A stretch of DNA of 63,276 nt, the filler included, from Octopus bimaculoides (taxonomy: Eukaryota), in the NCBI RefSeq assembly GCF_001194135.2. It is 3 parts of 3 records of this genome, joined end to end, with 100 filler letters (N's around TTAATTAATTAA, not from the genome) between each part and the next. Parts side by side here need not be neighbours in the genome. Positions count along the whole stretch, not along the records: positions 1 to 28,534 come from NC_068996.1; positions 28,635 to 59,018 come from NC_069001.1; 1 more part is not named here. One strand, 5' to 3'. The position numbers and the translations under genes are program-made. The notes under the pieces were generated by a model. It saw nothing but the letters and a program-made list of their open reading frames with translations, was not told the origin of the DNA and ran no database searches. Shown here in pieces: positions 24,410 through 37,100 of this stretch (positions are counted from its first letter, which is position 1; each line of letters opens with the position of its first letter).

Positions 24410-25000
24410 TACCAAGAGAGTTAGGGATTGAGGATCCAACCCACTAAGGGATATCTATCCAATATACTGCTGAGAGGGTACCCAATTATTGTTACACTAG
24501 TGTTATACCAAGTGCAATAAGTGGGTGTGGGTAAAAGGAGGCTGTTTTACCCTAAATTTATATAGCAATAAGAAAATGGAGGGGAATATAAGGTACTCAT
24601 CAACTTGCAGACACTGTATTCTGTTGATTAATCAGTTTATTTTATAACTGAATTGACAAAAAAGACAGTATACAGACACTTATGACATACCATGTCATAT
24701 CAACAATTAAGATTTCAAATTTAAAGGACATTTAGCAATTGGAGAACATATAGAAACTTACAGCTGTTTCGGCCTAGCGTTGGCATGCCCCATTCTATCT
24801 CTATAGCTCCTGCATGCTGGAATAATTAGTAGATGAAAAGGATGTAATGGGGGTACATGCATGATTCGCTAGGCCTCTTCAGAGATTTACAAAATTCAAT
24901 ACATGAATTTTGCCCAAAAAAATAGGAATATAAAAATATAAGGCACACAAAAAAGCCTACAAAAAGTATATAAAACCATATAAATAGTTATAAAAACTCC
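24410..25000 (-). mobile_element. Penelope-associated non-coding repeat (homologs 27998-28290 and 59120-59570 +)
   Basis: Collinear reverse-complement similarity to 59250-59570; carries a hammerhead. Confidence 0.6.
24754..24887 (-). ncRNA. Type I hammerhead with extended helix II (87-nt insert)
   Basis: AAUCU-CUGAAGA-GGCCUAGCG-[87 nt]-CGCUAGGCC-GAAA-CAGCUG-UA-AGUUU. Confidence 0.7.
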
Positions 25001-25749
25001 AATAGNNNNNNNNNNAAGCTGAAGGTATATTACTTGGAAAAATGCAAACAGAATTTTATTTACTGTTCAGACTTTAGCAAAACAAGGGAGCAATCAACCT
25101 ACTAAAAAGAGCAGCTAAATCTCCCTTGCTAAAAAAAAAAAAAAGAAAAGAGACATGGTGGATGTTGCAGGTGGATGTTGTTTAATCTGAAACACTTGAA
25201 AACCTAAATCTAGATATATTCTTTCATTCATGAATTCTTTTACTTGTTTCAGTCTTTGCTCTGTAGCCAAATGAATCGACCCCCAGTACTTTTTTCTTTT
25301 AAACCTGGTAGTCATTCCATCAGTCTTCTTTGTCAAAATATTAAGCTGTGGGGATGTAAACACTAAGACTCATTTACATCATGGGCTTCTCTCAGATTCT
25401 GTCAACCAAACCCACTCACAAGGCTTTACTTGGCCCAAGGTACCATGCAGAGGGACTGAACCCAGAACTGTGTGATTGAGAAGTAAAGTTCTTATCGCAT
25501 GGCCATACCTGCACCTATATATATATATATATATATATATAGGAGAATATACAAAAAATAACAACAGACGAGGACAGGTGGTGTAAATAACAAAAGTATA
25601 TATTAGTATGACGCTCGGGAATACGGAAAGTTGATTAACAATGTTCTATTCTAGCATGCATGACACATTAAACTCACGTTTCTTCATATTTAATGTAGTC
25701 ATTGGTTATGACTGGTCAGAAAGTTACCATTGGTTTCATGTCTATTATT

Positions 25750-26220
25750 GCTATTAGCAATGTAGTCAACTCATCAAAGCTGCTAGTCAGAGGCACATAA
25801 ACTCTTTGCTAATGGAGATAAGAATACCACCTTGGTCAAGAAGTTTGTGAAAAAAACTCCTGAAATGAGATTTTTCAATGTGAAAATCACTTCTATGTGA
25901 GATGGTGTTATGAGGGCACCAACTAAACAACTCGCTTTTGGACTTTATGAAGTCTCTTCAGTCATGTCCTTAATTTCTTTTGAAAATGCCCTCTGGGGTG
26001 ACTCAATTCTTGTAATGTTTTGTTTTGTGTGGGGAGACCACAGTGGGCAGCAGTATTCTTTGTGTGGTTGTACAAAGGAGGAAAAAAGGGAAATGATGAA
26101 AGTTCTGAAAGTTCTGAGGATCCAAGATCTCACTCATCCTGTGAGTCATATTGGCTTTTCTGCTGATGTGGGCACTTCAGCTGAGATTGTTGTCAACAAT
26201 CACTCCGGATATTGTAATTC
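25750..26220 (-). mobile_element. CR1/L2-like LINE RT C-terminal relic
   Basis: EYCCPLWSPHTKQNITRIESPQRAFSKEIKDM. Confidence 0.7.
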
Positions 26221-27788
26221 CCATGAAGGAAGAGAATATGGTTGTTTAAGTAGTTGAGGCTGATGCCAGTGTCTCATATTTAGCACCCATGCCAGTGGCA
26301 TGTAAAAAGCACTCTTCGATCTTTGGGCCCCAGGGAGGCTGTGACAAGTGATTGAGCCCTTTGGCAATATACCATGCTTGAGAAGGCCTGCAAGCCAAGT
26401 GAGATCATAGTCGTGGCCAATGCTGTGTTGTGCAACTGGCACCCATGCTGGTGGCATATAAAAAGCACCCACTACATGCTTGGAGTGCTTGGCATTAGGA
26501 GGGGCATCCAGCTGTAGAAACGATGCCAAATCAGATGGAAAACTGGTGCAGCTCCTCAGCTCACCAGTTTTCAGACAAACTGTCCAACCCATGCCAGCAT
26601 GGAAAACAAATGTTAAATGATGATGATGTTGATGATGATATATATACGTATGCATATATAACTGGGGAGTTATCTCTCACTCTCCATTCCTGTGCTCATG
26701 GCCCTGTTCACTGTATCATTGTTATCCAGTAGCTCCTTCCACCATATACCCAGGTTTTCACCACTCACTACATTGTCCTCCCCCTACTCTATACTCATGC
26801 TTCTTTGGCAATGCCCTACCACTTATATCATGGCCTCCATACCTCAAAGGTATGCATTTGGCACTTGCCACCATCTCTCCCTCTTCTTTTACTCAACCAT
26901 CCCATTTATATTCTGATCCTTGTCCTTTGTGAGTATGCTCAGCATTTTGCCATCTTTTCTCTCTTCCGCCCTTTCTTGCACTCTTGCTGTTTCTCACTCT
27001 CTCTCACTCTTTCTCTCTCTCTTCATCTCCTGCTTTTCCCCTCAGGTTGGATGACAATGTATCTCCTTTACAGCAGCACACCTGTTTTTGTCCTCATTTT
27101 CTTTCTCTCTCTCTCTCTCCCTGCGCTCTCTCTGGCCAAGTAACTGTGTACCTCCCCTACAGCAAAACACCTGTTTTAGCCTCTCTGTCTCGCTACAATC
27201 TTTTATCATCTGATACAAGATGCCCTCCTCCAATGCCCTCTCCCCTCTCAAAGGATCCTTGTCTTGTAAGTTACTTAGTGACCCTGCTGGTGTTGGTGCC
27301 ATGTAAAAAGAGTACCCAGTCCACACTGTAAAGTGGTTGGTGTTTGGAAGAGCATCCAGCTGTAAAAATCTTGCCAAAACTGACCTTGCATGTGCTTGTG
27401 CCATGTAAAAAGCACTTGGTCCGCTCTGTGGAGTGGTTGGTGTCAGGAAGGGCATCCAGCTGTAAAAACTTTGCCAAAACAGACACAGAAGTCTGGTGCA
27501 GGCTCCTGCCTGGCCAGCTCCTGTCAAACCTATGCTAGTATGGAAGGAGGACGTTAAATGATGATGATGATGATGTTTGCATANNNNNNNNNNNNNNNNN
27601 NNNNNNNNNNNNNNNNNNNNNNNNNNNNNNNNNNNNNNNNNNNNNNNNNNNNNNNNNNNNNNNNNNNNNNNNNNNNNNNNNNNNNNNNNNNNNNNNNNNN
27701 NNNNNNNNNNNNNNNNNNNNNNNNNNNNNNNNNNNNNNNNNNNNNNNNNNNNNNNNNNNNNNNNNNNNNNNNNNNNNNNNNNNNNNNN

Positions 27789-27821
<33 letters not shown>

Positions 27822-28282
27822 TATATAAATATTTAAGATTCAGTTGAATTAGGTACTTAAGTTGAAGCACCAAATCAGTCTGGTATTATTCACACAGCTC
27901 GAAGCAAGGTGAATAAAATCAAAATAACCAGCAAGATATCAAGTACATGATATCCTGTTGCTTATTTTAATTATACATACATATATATATATATATATAT
28001 AGCAATAAGAAAATGGAGGGAAGATGTGGTATTCATCAACTTACAGACATTGTATTATGTCAATTTACCTGTAATACAATGTTTGTAAGTTGATGAATAC
28101 CACATATTCCTCTCCATTTTCTTACTGCTATATGAATTAAGGGTAAAATATCCTTTTACCCACACCCGTTTATTACACTAGGTAGAAACACTAGTGTAAT
28201 AGTAATTGGGTATCCTTCTGGCAGTATATCGGATAGATATTATCCCTTAGTGGGTTGGATTCACAACCCCTAACTTTCTTGG

Positions 28283-28319
<37 letters not shown>

Positions 28320-28324
<5 letters not shown>

Positions 28325-28534
28325 GACAAAAGAAACAGGCTTGGAAGGACTGGAAGAACGGTGGTAGCAGGGAATTGTACCAATGTGCCAGAAGGGAGGC
28401 TAGGCGACAGGTTTATTTAGCCAGAGGGGAAGCAGATAAGGAAAGATTTGCCAATGTTCTGTGCCGTGAGGACCAAAGACTCGAGGTATTTCGTGTTGCA
28501 AGACAGTGTAGGAGAGAGAATAGTGATGTTGTAG
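28320..28534 (+). mobile_element. RTE-type LINE fragment (region between EN and RT)
   Basis: KQAWKDWKNGGSRELYQCARREARRQVYLARGEADKERF. Confidence 0.6.
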
Positions 28535-28634
28535 NNNNNNNNNNNNNNNNNNNNNNNNNNNNNNNNNNNNNNNNNNNNTTAATTAATTAANNNNNNNNNN
28601 NNNNNNNNNNNNNNNNNNNNNNNNNNNNNNNNNN
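28535..28634. other. Artificial 100-bp scaffold join: 44 N + TTAATTAATTAA + 44 N
   Basis: Six-frame stop linker in symmetric N runs; identical structure at 59019-59118. Confidence 0.9.
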
Positions 28635-29300
28635 ATGCAACACATTTTGAATGCATTCTCTGATGCTTGCACTGCTTTAGGAATGACAGTCAATCTCAAG
28701 AAAACTGTTGTCATGTACCAACCTGCCCCTGGTAAGCAGTATATTGAACCAAATATCTATGTGTATGGTAGAAGACTTGGTGTAGTCGATCAGTTTGTCT
28801 GCCTGGGAAGCACTGTTAATAGATATGGCAATTTGGACAATGAAATTCCATATAGAATTAGGAAAGCAAGTGATGCTTTCGGAAGGCTAGAAAGACGTCT
28901 CTGGGGTCGGCGAGACATATGCAGGAAGACAAAGATAAAGGTGTACAAGGCGTGTGTACTCTCTTCTCTTCTTTATTCCTGCGAGACATGGGTCACATAT
29001 CGTTACCACCTTAAACAACTGGAATGTTTTCATCAGATGTGTCTCAGACGGATCTGTGGCATCAAGTAGGAGGACCGCATCAGTGATCTTGAGATATTGG
29101 AAAGCTCTCGGTGTGAAAGTATAGAAGCTCTTGTGTTGAAGCAAAGGCTCAGATGGAGTTGTCATCTGGTCAAGATGAAAGATTCAAGGATGCCAAAACA
29201 ACTCTTTTACGGAGAGTTAGCTAAAGGAGAACGACCTCCACATAAACCAAAAAAGAGATATAAAGACTTGTTGAAGGTTTCCTTGAGAGATGCCAACATC
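28635..29300 (+). mobile_element. RTE/BovB-like LINE RT 3' part
   Basis: GMTVNLKKTVVMYQPAPG...VDQFVCLGS..LDNEIPYRIRKASDAFGRL...KIKVYKACVLSSLLYSCETW...RMPKQLFYGEL. Confidence 0.85.
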
Positions 29301-29339
29301 TCTCCTAACACGAATTATTGTATGCAGAACAGTTTCATC

Positions 29340-31340
29340 TCCTGCAAGCATCTTGGGTAGGTTCGGCTGTTGGCGTTCCCATGCCTGAAGAGCTTCTCTT
29401 GAACGGACAATGGCCCTCTGTAGCACTGCCAAGCCAAAGATTTTTGGAAATTGTCCATGATCTTCGACCCGAAGATCATTTGGAAGAGGCTACTCAGACT
29501 GTTCCCGTCGCTGCCTAGATTCAATCCTAGGCCATCATCACTTATACCCTCAACTAGCCCCCTATAGAAATCTTGGGTTGTTTTCCCGCCAACGGTTTTG
29601 GGCAGCTGGTACAATGCAGTGGGTGCCTGGTAACTTTCTAGATGCCAAATGTCCAACCTTGGTCTACGTTTGACCCATGACTGCAGCTCTGATGAGCTGC
29701 GGAAAGCCGTGTCGCACGAAGGACGCCCACACCAGGTCACAATTACCGTCGTCCACATCATTGCAGTGATTTAGATATTTCTGTAGGTGCGACAACCTCA
29801 AAGCGTGGCGTCGCATCATTAAGGATGGCATCGCAAAACCACCACGATGTGGGTATTGACAGCAGATGGATTTCTGACCAGTGGAACCTGACCCTTCCTT
29901 AAGAATCGGAAAAGCAAGCGCTCCAATCTGGTCAGAGTTTTCTTAGGACAAGGTACGGCGGCTAGGCGGTAGTACACTACCGAAGTGATATATGCATTCA
30001 CTAGTTCCACCCGGCCTTTTAGAGACAGCTTCCTTTCTGCCTATTTCTGGGTGAGCTTGGCCACCCTAGTCGTCATCTCTTCCCAGTTCCTATCTACCTG
30101 GAGATCTGGTCCGAACCAGACTCCGACCACTTTCACCGGGCTCTCCGCCCAGCGACAGAAATCACTGCTAGTCGACTTGCCTCTCCAAGAGCCTAGTTGC
30201 AAACCTACTGACTTGTCCTGGTTTATAAGTGCTCCTGTGCATTCCTGATATTGTTTCAGTATAGTGTCGATCTTTTCTATGTCCGAAGAGTCCGACACCA
30301 TGATGGTGACGTCGTCCGCGTATGCAGACACAGCTCTCCTGTGACCTAGTTCCAGCGAGATACCCTTCAAATTCTACATCCTTCGCAGCAAGGGTTTCTA
30401 AACCTAAAATATATAAAAGTGTGGAGGGGGTGCTTCCTTGGCGTACTGAAAGGTTCTGAGGTGGCCATTCAGTTTGAGAACCGAGCAGATGCCACTATAT
30501 ATTGTAGTGATCCAGCCTCTGAAGACGGTGCCGAAACTGACAGCTTTTAGGACAGACACCAGATCCTATATTCTGGTCCGATAGGCATGGCATAACCTCG
30601 AAGGAAGCCTCAAAACCCACTGTGTCAAGAATGTCTCTCCTAGAAAAGAGGTCGGCGAAATCCTGCTGAAACACTGCGCTCATCTCTTTGGAACTAGAGT
30701 GCACATGACCACTGCGGTCCGTCACAGATTTGCTTCCATGCTGTGCCTCCGCTACCCGGGTCCAACCAACGACTTTTGAGCCTTCGTGTTTCAAGGCATG
30801 CACCCTGGCTCGGACAATACAGCCTTCAGGTTTTACGTCGAAGAAATGGTCGAGTGCCATTCTCGCTCCTAGCACGTCATTTGAAATCCCACTTTTATGT
30901 GCCTCTTCTAAGTTACTAACTAATTTTTTATTCTGTTGTTTTCTAAAGTAATTTCTTTGCTAAAACTAACTGACACCTCTCTGATTTTCCTTTTTAAGAA
31001 GACCCACCACTTATTGTTGATGATGGCTCCCGTCAATTCCTGTTTAAGTAGTCTACTAATCCGGTCCCTGAAATCTTTCCGCGCTGGGAAGGACGCGTTC
31101 ATCTTCCAGTAACAAGGTCCTAGTCTGGTCGTTTTTTTATAAATTGACTCTAAAGGTCCCTAATTTGTGATATGAACAGCCAACGATCTGAAAATGTAGG
31201 CAACTTATACTATACCCATCTGCTAGCCTAATAAATGAATGTCCCTCAAGAGTTCTATTTTCTGTAGCAATGGCTCAAAATCCAATCCTATGACGGATTG
31301 ACCGAGCAAGTGCCTCTGTGCTTTGCTACGATCCAGCCAC
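29340..31340 (-). mobile_element. Tx1/L1-like LINE, degraded and internally deleted (EN end to RT)
   Basis: VSAYADDVTIMV...TGALINQDKS..VKVVGVWFGP; NKWWVFLKRKIR; RLERLLFRFL. Confidence 0.8.
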
Positions 31341-31599
31341 TGAAAACCGTTCCTAAGCCGAACAATAATAATTCTTTTTACTTTAAGAACAATGCCGGAA
31401 ATTGTGGATGGGGGCTAATCGATTATATTCTGCCCCAGTGCTCAACTGGTAGGCATTTTATCGACCCTGGATAAGAGGCAAATGGACCTCAGCGGAATTT
31501 GAACTCAGAACATAAGGCCGAAGAAATGCCACAAACCATTTTCTCCGGAGTGGTAACGATTCCGTCAGCTCGAGTCTTAAATAATCATAATGATAATTC

Positions 31600-32340
31600 T
31601 TTCTAATTTTGGTGGCAGGCCAGAACAGAAATTTCTTGAAATTATCCTTTGGTCTCGGCCTGAAAGTCCTTGAAAAAGACCAACTACTGGCTCTCTCCCG
31701 ACGCCCAGAGATTCCCCGAAGATGTCGTTCTTGCCCGTCACTAATCCCTTATAGGACTCCAACGTGAAAATTCTACCGACCACATTGCTCGACTGGCTGA
31801 AGGCAGTGAGCGCTTGCCGATACTCCAAGTACCAAGCACCCTTTCTCGGTCTACGCTCGTGGACTAAACTGTAGTTCCGTTAATTCTGCCTGACAAACAG
31901 TGACCTCACCGTTAAGGAAATGCTGGTGATGTCGCAGCTCCAACGCATGTCTGTGCATCATTAGCCACTGAATACCTAGTCCTCCATTCAGTGGCTGCTG
32001 ATAATAGATAGACTGTCTAATGAGCGGAAAACGTCCCTTCCGCAGAAAGCGGAAGAGTAAGCGCTCCAGCTTGATCAGCCACGAAGCAGGGCGATAGTAA
32101 ATGACGGAAGCGTTGAACGCATTTTCCACCTCCGTCCGACTCTCTTCAGGCACAGTGTCTAGGTGAGATTGGCCGCCCTGCTCATCACATCCTTCCTGGT
32201 CTAGACCTTTTACAGGTTAGGACCAAGCTAAACCCCAAGCAGCTTAACCGGTCTTTCTGCTCAGTGTCCTACGACTCTGTCGCGCGGCATGGACCTTCTC
32301 TCCAGGTGCCGAGCTGCAGTCCACCGACTTCAAACTATTT
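31600..32340 (-). mobile_element. Second Tx1/L1-like fragment
   Basis: IKLERLLFRFLRKGRFPLIRQSIYYQQPLNGGLGI, paralogous to 29819-30010. Confidence 0.7.
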
Positions 32341-32427
32341 GCTGATGTGCTACGGCAAGACACATGTGAAAGTAAATTAAATTACATATTAAAAGCAGCT
32401 CTAGTAATGTAAACATTAACGATTGCA

Positions 32428-32882
32428 CATACATAGTGTTTGTGTTTTGTTTATATGCTGAATTTGTTGCGAGAGAGCGTCTAAGGAAAGCTCCCTACAC
32501 AACGCTGAGTGTTAAAGGACACCTGAATTTCATAGGTAAGGCGAGTTGTCTCGCCTCGGAATAACTCCAACAGTGGTAAGTATTGATATTTCTCATGTAC
32601 CACACCGTAGCAATCGGTAAATAGTTTTCACTCAATTTGCATATAAATCATAGATCCGGGATTCGATTCGTTTCGGAGTGATCCAAGTGCTCGATATCAA
32701 TAAGCCACAGTAATGGCGAAATATTGGTATCTACCACTGTTGGATTCATTTCGAGAAGAGTTGTCTCGCCTGGTCAATGACATTCAGGTGTTCCTTGACA
32801 CTCAGAGTTGTGTAGGGAGCTTTCTTCAGACGCAATCCTGCAGCAAATTCGGCGTATAAACAAAACACAAGCTCTGTGTATG
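32428..32882. mobile_element. MITE-like fold-back, ~105-bp imperfect terminal inverted repeats
   Basis: 32428-32533 reverse-complementary to 32779-32882. Confidence 0.75.
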
Positions 32883-33117
32883 CGAGCTAGCAGAAACGTT
32901 AGCACGCTGGACGAAATGCTTAGCGGTATTGAACGTTCTGAGTTCAAATTCCTCCAAGGTCGGCTTTGCCTTTAATCCTTTCGTTGTCGATAAATTAAGT
33001 ACCAGTTGCTACTGGGGTCGATCTAATCGATTGGCCCCCTTCTCAAAAATTTCGGACCTTGTGCCTAGAGAAGAAAAGAATATTTACATTACTAGAGTAT
33101 TTTTGATTCAAAATTTA

Positions 33118-33164
<47 letters not shown>

Positions 33165-33351
33165 NNNNNNNNNNCAATAGTTTTTCTCTGACAGCAGTTT
33201 AATATTTTCCAGATACCTTTAGCTAGGCCGAAACAATGTCTTCACCACTTAACCCTTCCTAACCTCTTCTACTCCACTAAAAGCTAGAATAGAGATAACA
33301 AGACCACCAGCTAAAACTATTGTTCGCAATAATATATCTATCGTTTTGGAT

Positions 33352-33828
33352 TGTTATAAAAGCAAGGAAACTCCAAGAATAATTGAATTTAGTCACCAGT
33401 CGGTGACGACTCAACCAGTTTAGTCACCAGTCGGTGACGACTCAACGAGTTCAGTCACATAGTGACAACTCAATTAGTTCATGAACGGACATCTAGAGTC
33501 ATGGTCACAAGCAGGCAGCCACTAAAGACAAACGACCAGAGGGAGAAAGGAGGTTACAACCAGCCAACTATGAGACACAACCTCCCTCGACTCTATAACT
33601 TTCACTAGCTCACTTTCTTTTCTCTGTAACTGTCTATATACTGCTACAAGATCGTGTACACACATATACAGGCCGAAATTAACTTTCTTTACCTGGCATG
33701 CTTTACGAACTGTGTTATACTATTACACTAACCTACCCGTCGTGGTATGGCATTTATTAAAGTAACGATAAATAAATATTTCTTTACAACTTCGATCACT
33801 GTTCTTCGTTCATCTTATAACCGTTACA
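33352..33828 (+). mobile_element. Possible solo LTR with internal tandem hairpin repeats
   Basis: TGTTATA start, near-inverse TATAAC end, TATA-like and AATAAA motifs; no TSD found. Confidence 0.3.
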
Positions 33829-33858
33829 ATTGGTAACTACACAAAATTATCACCGCTA

Positions 33859-34110
<252 letters not shown>

Positions 34111-37100
34111 TTATTATTTCTAAGGGACAAAATAAGTGAAGCACACTATGCTTTTAGTGTTTTTCTTAGTTGCAATACTAAACCATTCCGGTTCATGTAA
34201 CCTGCTTGCATCACATACCCAACAGAAGCATAAATTTAATAGGTCCAATGGAAGGTGACCTTGTCTGGATTTAGACTTGGAGGGTAAAATAGGAGTAATT
34301 CTAATGCATTTGCTGCGCATCACAGTAAATACATTTAGTCCGACCCATCAAATAATGTATAGCACGGAGGTATTGATAGGTCACCATTTATAATGACGTG
34401 GTATGGAAAGAAGAGCGATAAGATTTGAATAAGCTGAAATAGTGACGATTTATTCCTCTCGTTATAATAGAAGATTGCCAAAGGGCATGATGTTAATACT
34501 ACAGTCTAGAACATAAATTCAAATAACTTCAGTTTTGCTGGGTATAATGATGTGGCTGTGGTCTGCTATCTTTTGCTGCAAGGATGAAGACGGGCGACGA
34601 CTGTTTGAAGAAAGCTGTGAGACTGGCTGGTGTCTGTCATCGGCAGCTGGTCCAAAAAAACCAGAAGGACCGGAAGAAACTGGTGTTTATATAAGCATTT
34701 ATATAAGTATGGGATGGATTCACAGGCCAAGATGGTTTTTTCCGGGTTGAGAACAACTTCTGTTGCAAACACATGATTAGACAGTTAAAACCGACCAATA
34801 CCTGTGACTAACTTGGCCAACAACTGGGTCATGTGATCTGATGCTAAGAAAAGCTCTGGTGAGTCAATTCTCCAGTATTTAAGGTTAAGACAGCCAAATT
34901 AACAAGATGTCTAATATTACAATAAAATGAAAGTGTTAAACAATCCTACTACAAATGCATTGAATCTTGCTCCCGACTGTTTCTAGTAAGTCAATATCGT
35001 GCGTTTACGATTAATATAGAATCCGTAGAACGCTGAGCAAAATAATTTGGCTACATTCTGAGTTTTAATCCAGCCAGCAGTTTCTTTACCTTTCATTTTC
35101 CCGTCATCTATAATTTTTGTGCCAATCAATTTCTGAGATTGATTACATCAACGATATGTTATTTGAAATTTTATGCCTAAATAATGATATTTTGTCTTTC
35201 TGAAAAGTTCTGCAAGTTATACTGCTCTCTGTAATCTGAAGTTCTCAAAAGAAAATTATCTTCTAAACTTTCTTTCATACCAATGTTAATTATGTTAGAT
35301 CAAAATCTTATAAGGAAAAAGTATTTACTCTAATATTCCGTCGTTTTTGCAAGTATAACAATATCATTTGATACTATTTAGTAACTTTTTTCTGCCAAAC
35401 ACCGGATCACATGATAACAATATTTATTTCAATTTTATGCAGCATGAAGCTGGTGATATTCTTACTTTTTGGTGGGGAGGGGGTGAAAACAAAATGTAAC
35501 CTAACATATTGTCCCTAAGGTCTTGCGGCCATGTGAGAGGATTGGGTGTTCTATAAAATAGAGAGGGGCTTCGAATATGGTGCAGGGAAGTAGTTAATTG
35601 AATCTAAATTACGCAGGTACTTTTTCAGTAGATCCTCAGGAGAGAAATATTTTGATGAGCATTTCCCTTAGAATCATCCGAAAGATTTAAACCCAACACT
35701 AGGCAAACGATGCACTCATCAAATATGCCTTGTCTCCTAGGAAATTGGTAGAATTTGGTGGAGGTTCAAACTAAAGGCGTAATAAGTTTCTTCTCTCTAC
35801 ATTTTGTAGTGAACAAAACTTGAACAGGTTTCGATGAAACAAATTGTTATTTACTACTTCTTTAGTTTAAGCACCTCATCTTAAGTTTCAGAAAGTCGAA
35901 GATAGCGGCAATGAGGTCTAAATCCCCAGACGAATCCATTTCACATCGCTTTATTGACTATGCAAGATCCCACAAAAAGTTTAAATCAAGCGCTAAATAA
36001 AACGCCTGCGCGCGCACACGCACCCCCACCTTCACACACAAGTAAACACAGTTTGTATCTCATGAAAACGATGGGATGGTAGAAACAGTGAGGTAATGGA
36101 TGAGGTGGTCTTACATTATTTTCGGACAAAATACCTAGCGGTTATTTCTTCCGACTCATTATGTTCTGAATTCAGATTTCGCCGAGGTCAACTTTACTTT
36201 TCCTCCCACCGGGGTCGATTAAATGTAGAACTTGCTAAGCAAAATTGTTGTCTTGTGTCAAAATTTAAAAAATTAATTTTAAGTTTCATTCAACCTCGTT
36301 CTGAGTTCAAGTTCCACAGGATAGGTTATCAATACAATTCTCCTGGGACCGAGAATGAAGTATCAATAAATTGTACAGTGTGCCGTATTAATTGCACATC
36401 AACTGTGCTGCCAATGTAATGATAATCACGGAAGGCGACAAAATATTTAGAGCGTCGGAAAGAAAATGCATTGCAGTTTTTCTTCTGGCTTTTGATGTTG
36501 AGTTTAAATCCTGCTTTTCATCCGCCTGAAGTCGATAAAAAAAATAACAATCAAGTAGCTGAGTCGGTGATACTGATACTCTGCAATCAAAACTGATAGC
36601 CTGGCGCCTAAATTAAAAATCATTGTACCGATAATTGTAATTAGTAAAACACCCAGTGTCATGCGTTTTCAATTCTCAGCTAATTTCATTTGGCTCCACT
36701 TTTGACGTTAATATTCTTGAGAAAAGTATAATTCGAAATAAAATAGATCATATAACCGTATCTTGGATTCAATGAAGGATAGTTTAATGCTTTGCATAAA
36801 AGTTTGATTCAGTCGCTTTATGGCCACACAAACCGCTAGAAACAGCATTAAACCCCCTTCCCCAAATCTCATCTTAAAGTATTAGGAAAGGAAAGGGGCC
36901 ATTGGATGTTTTCCTACATGCACTTAAAACGATAGGGTGGTAATGGTTGGAAAGTTATTGGACATAGGTGTAGTCAATCTCGATTGATCTGAAGGTAAAC
37001 AACAATTACAACACTGCTACCATCTCCCTTCCGTTGTCATTTTCAATGTTATTTTTTTCTTTTTTCATGATGTGCAGACCATCTCTGACGTACAAATTCT

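Noticed and set aside
33185-33245. CTAGGCCGAAACA resembling the long-loop hammerhead 3' half
   Set aside because: No matching core or 5' helix II strand upstream.
33388-33480. CRISPR-like palindromic repeats
   Set aside because: Only 2-3 contiguous units, no unique spacers, no cas genes, and an animal genomic context.
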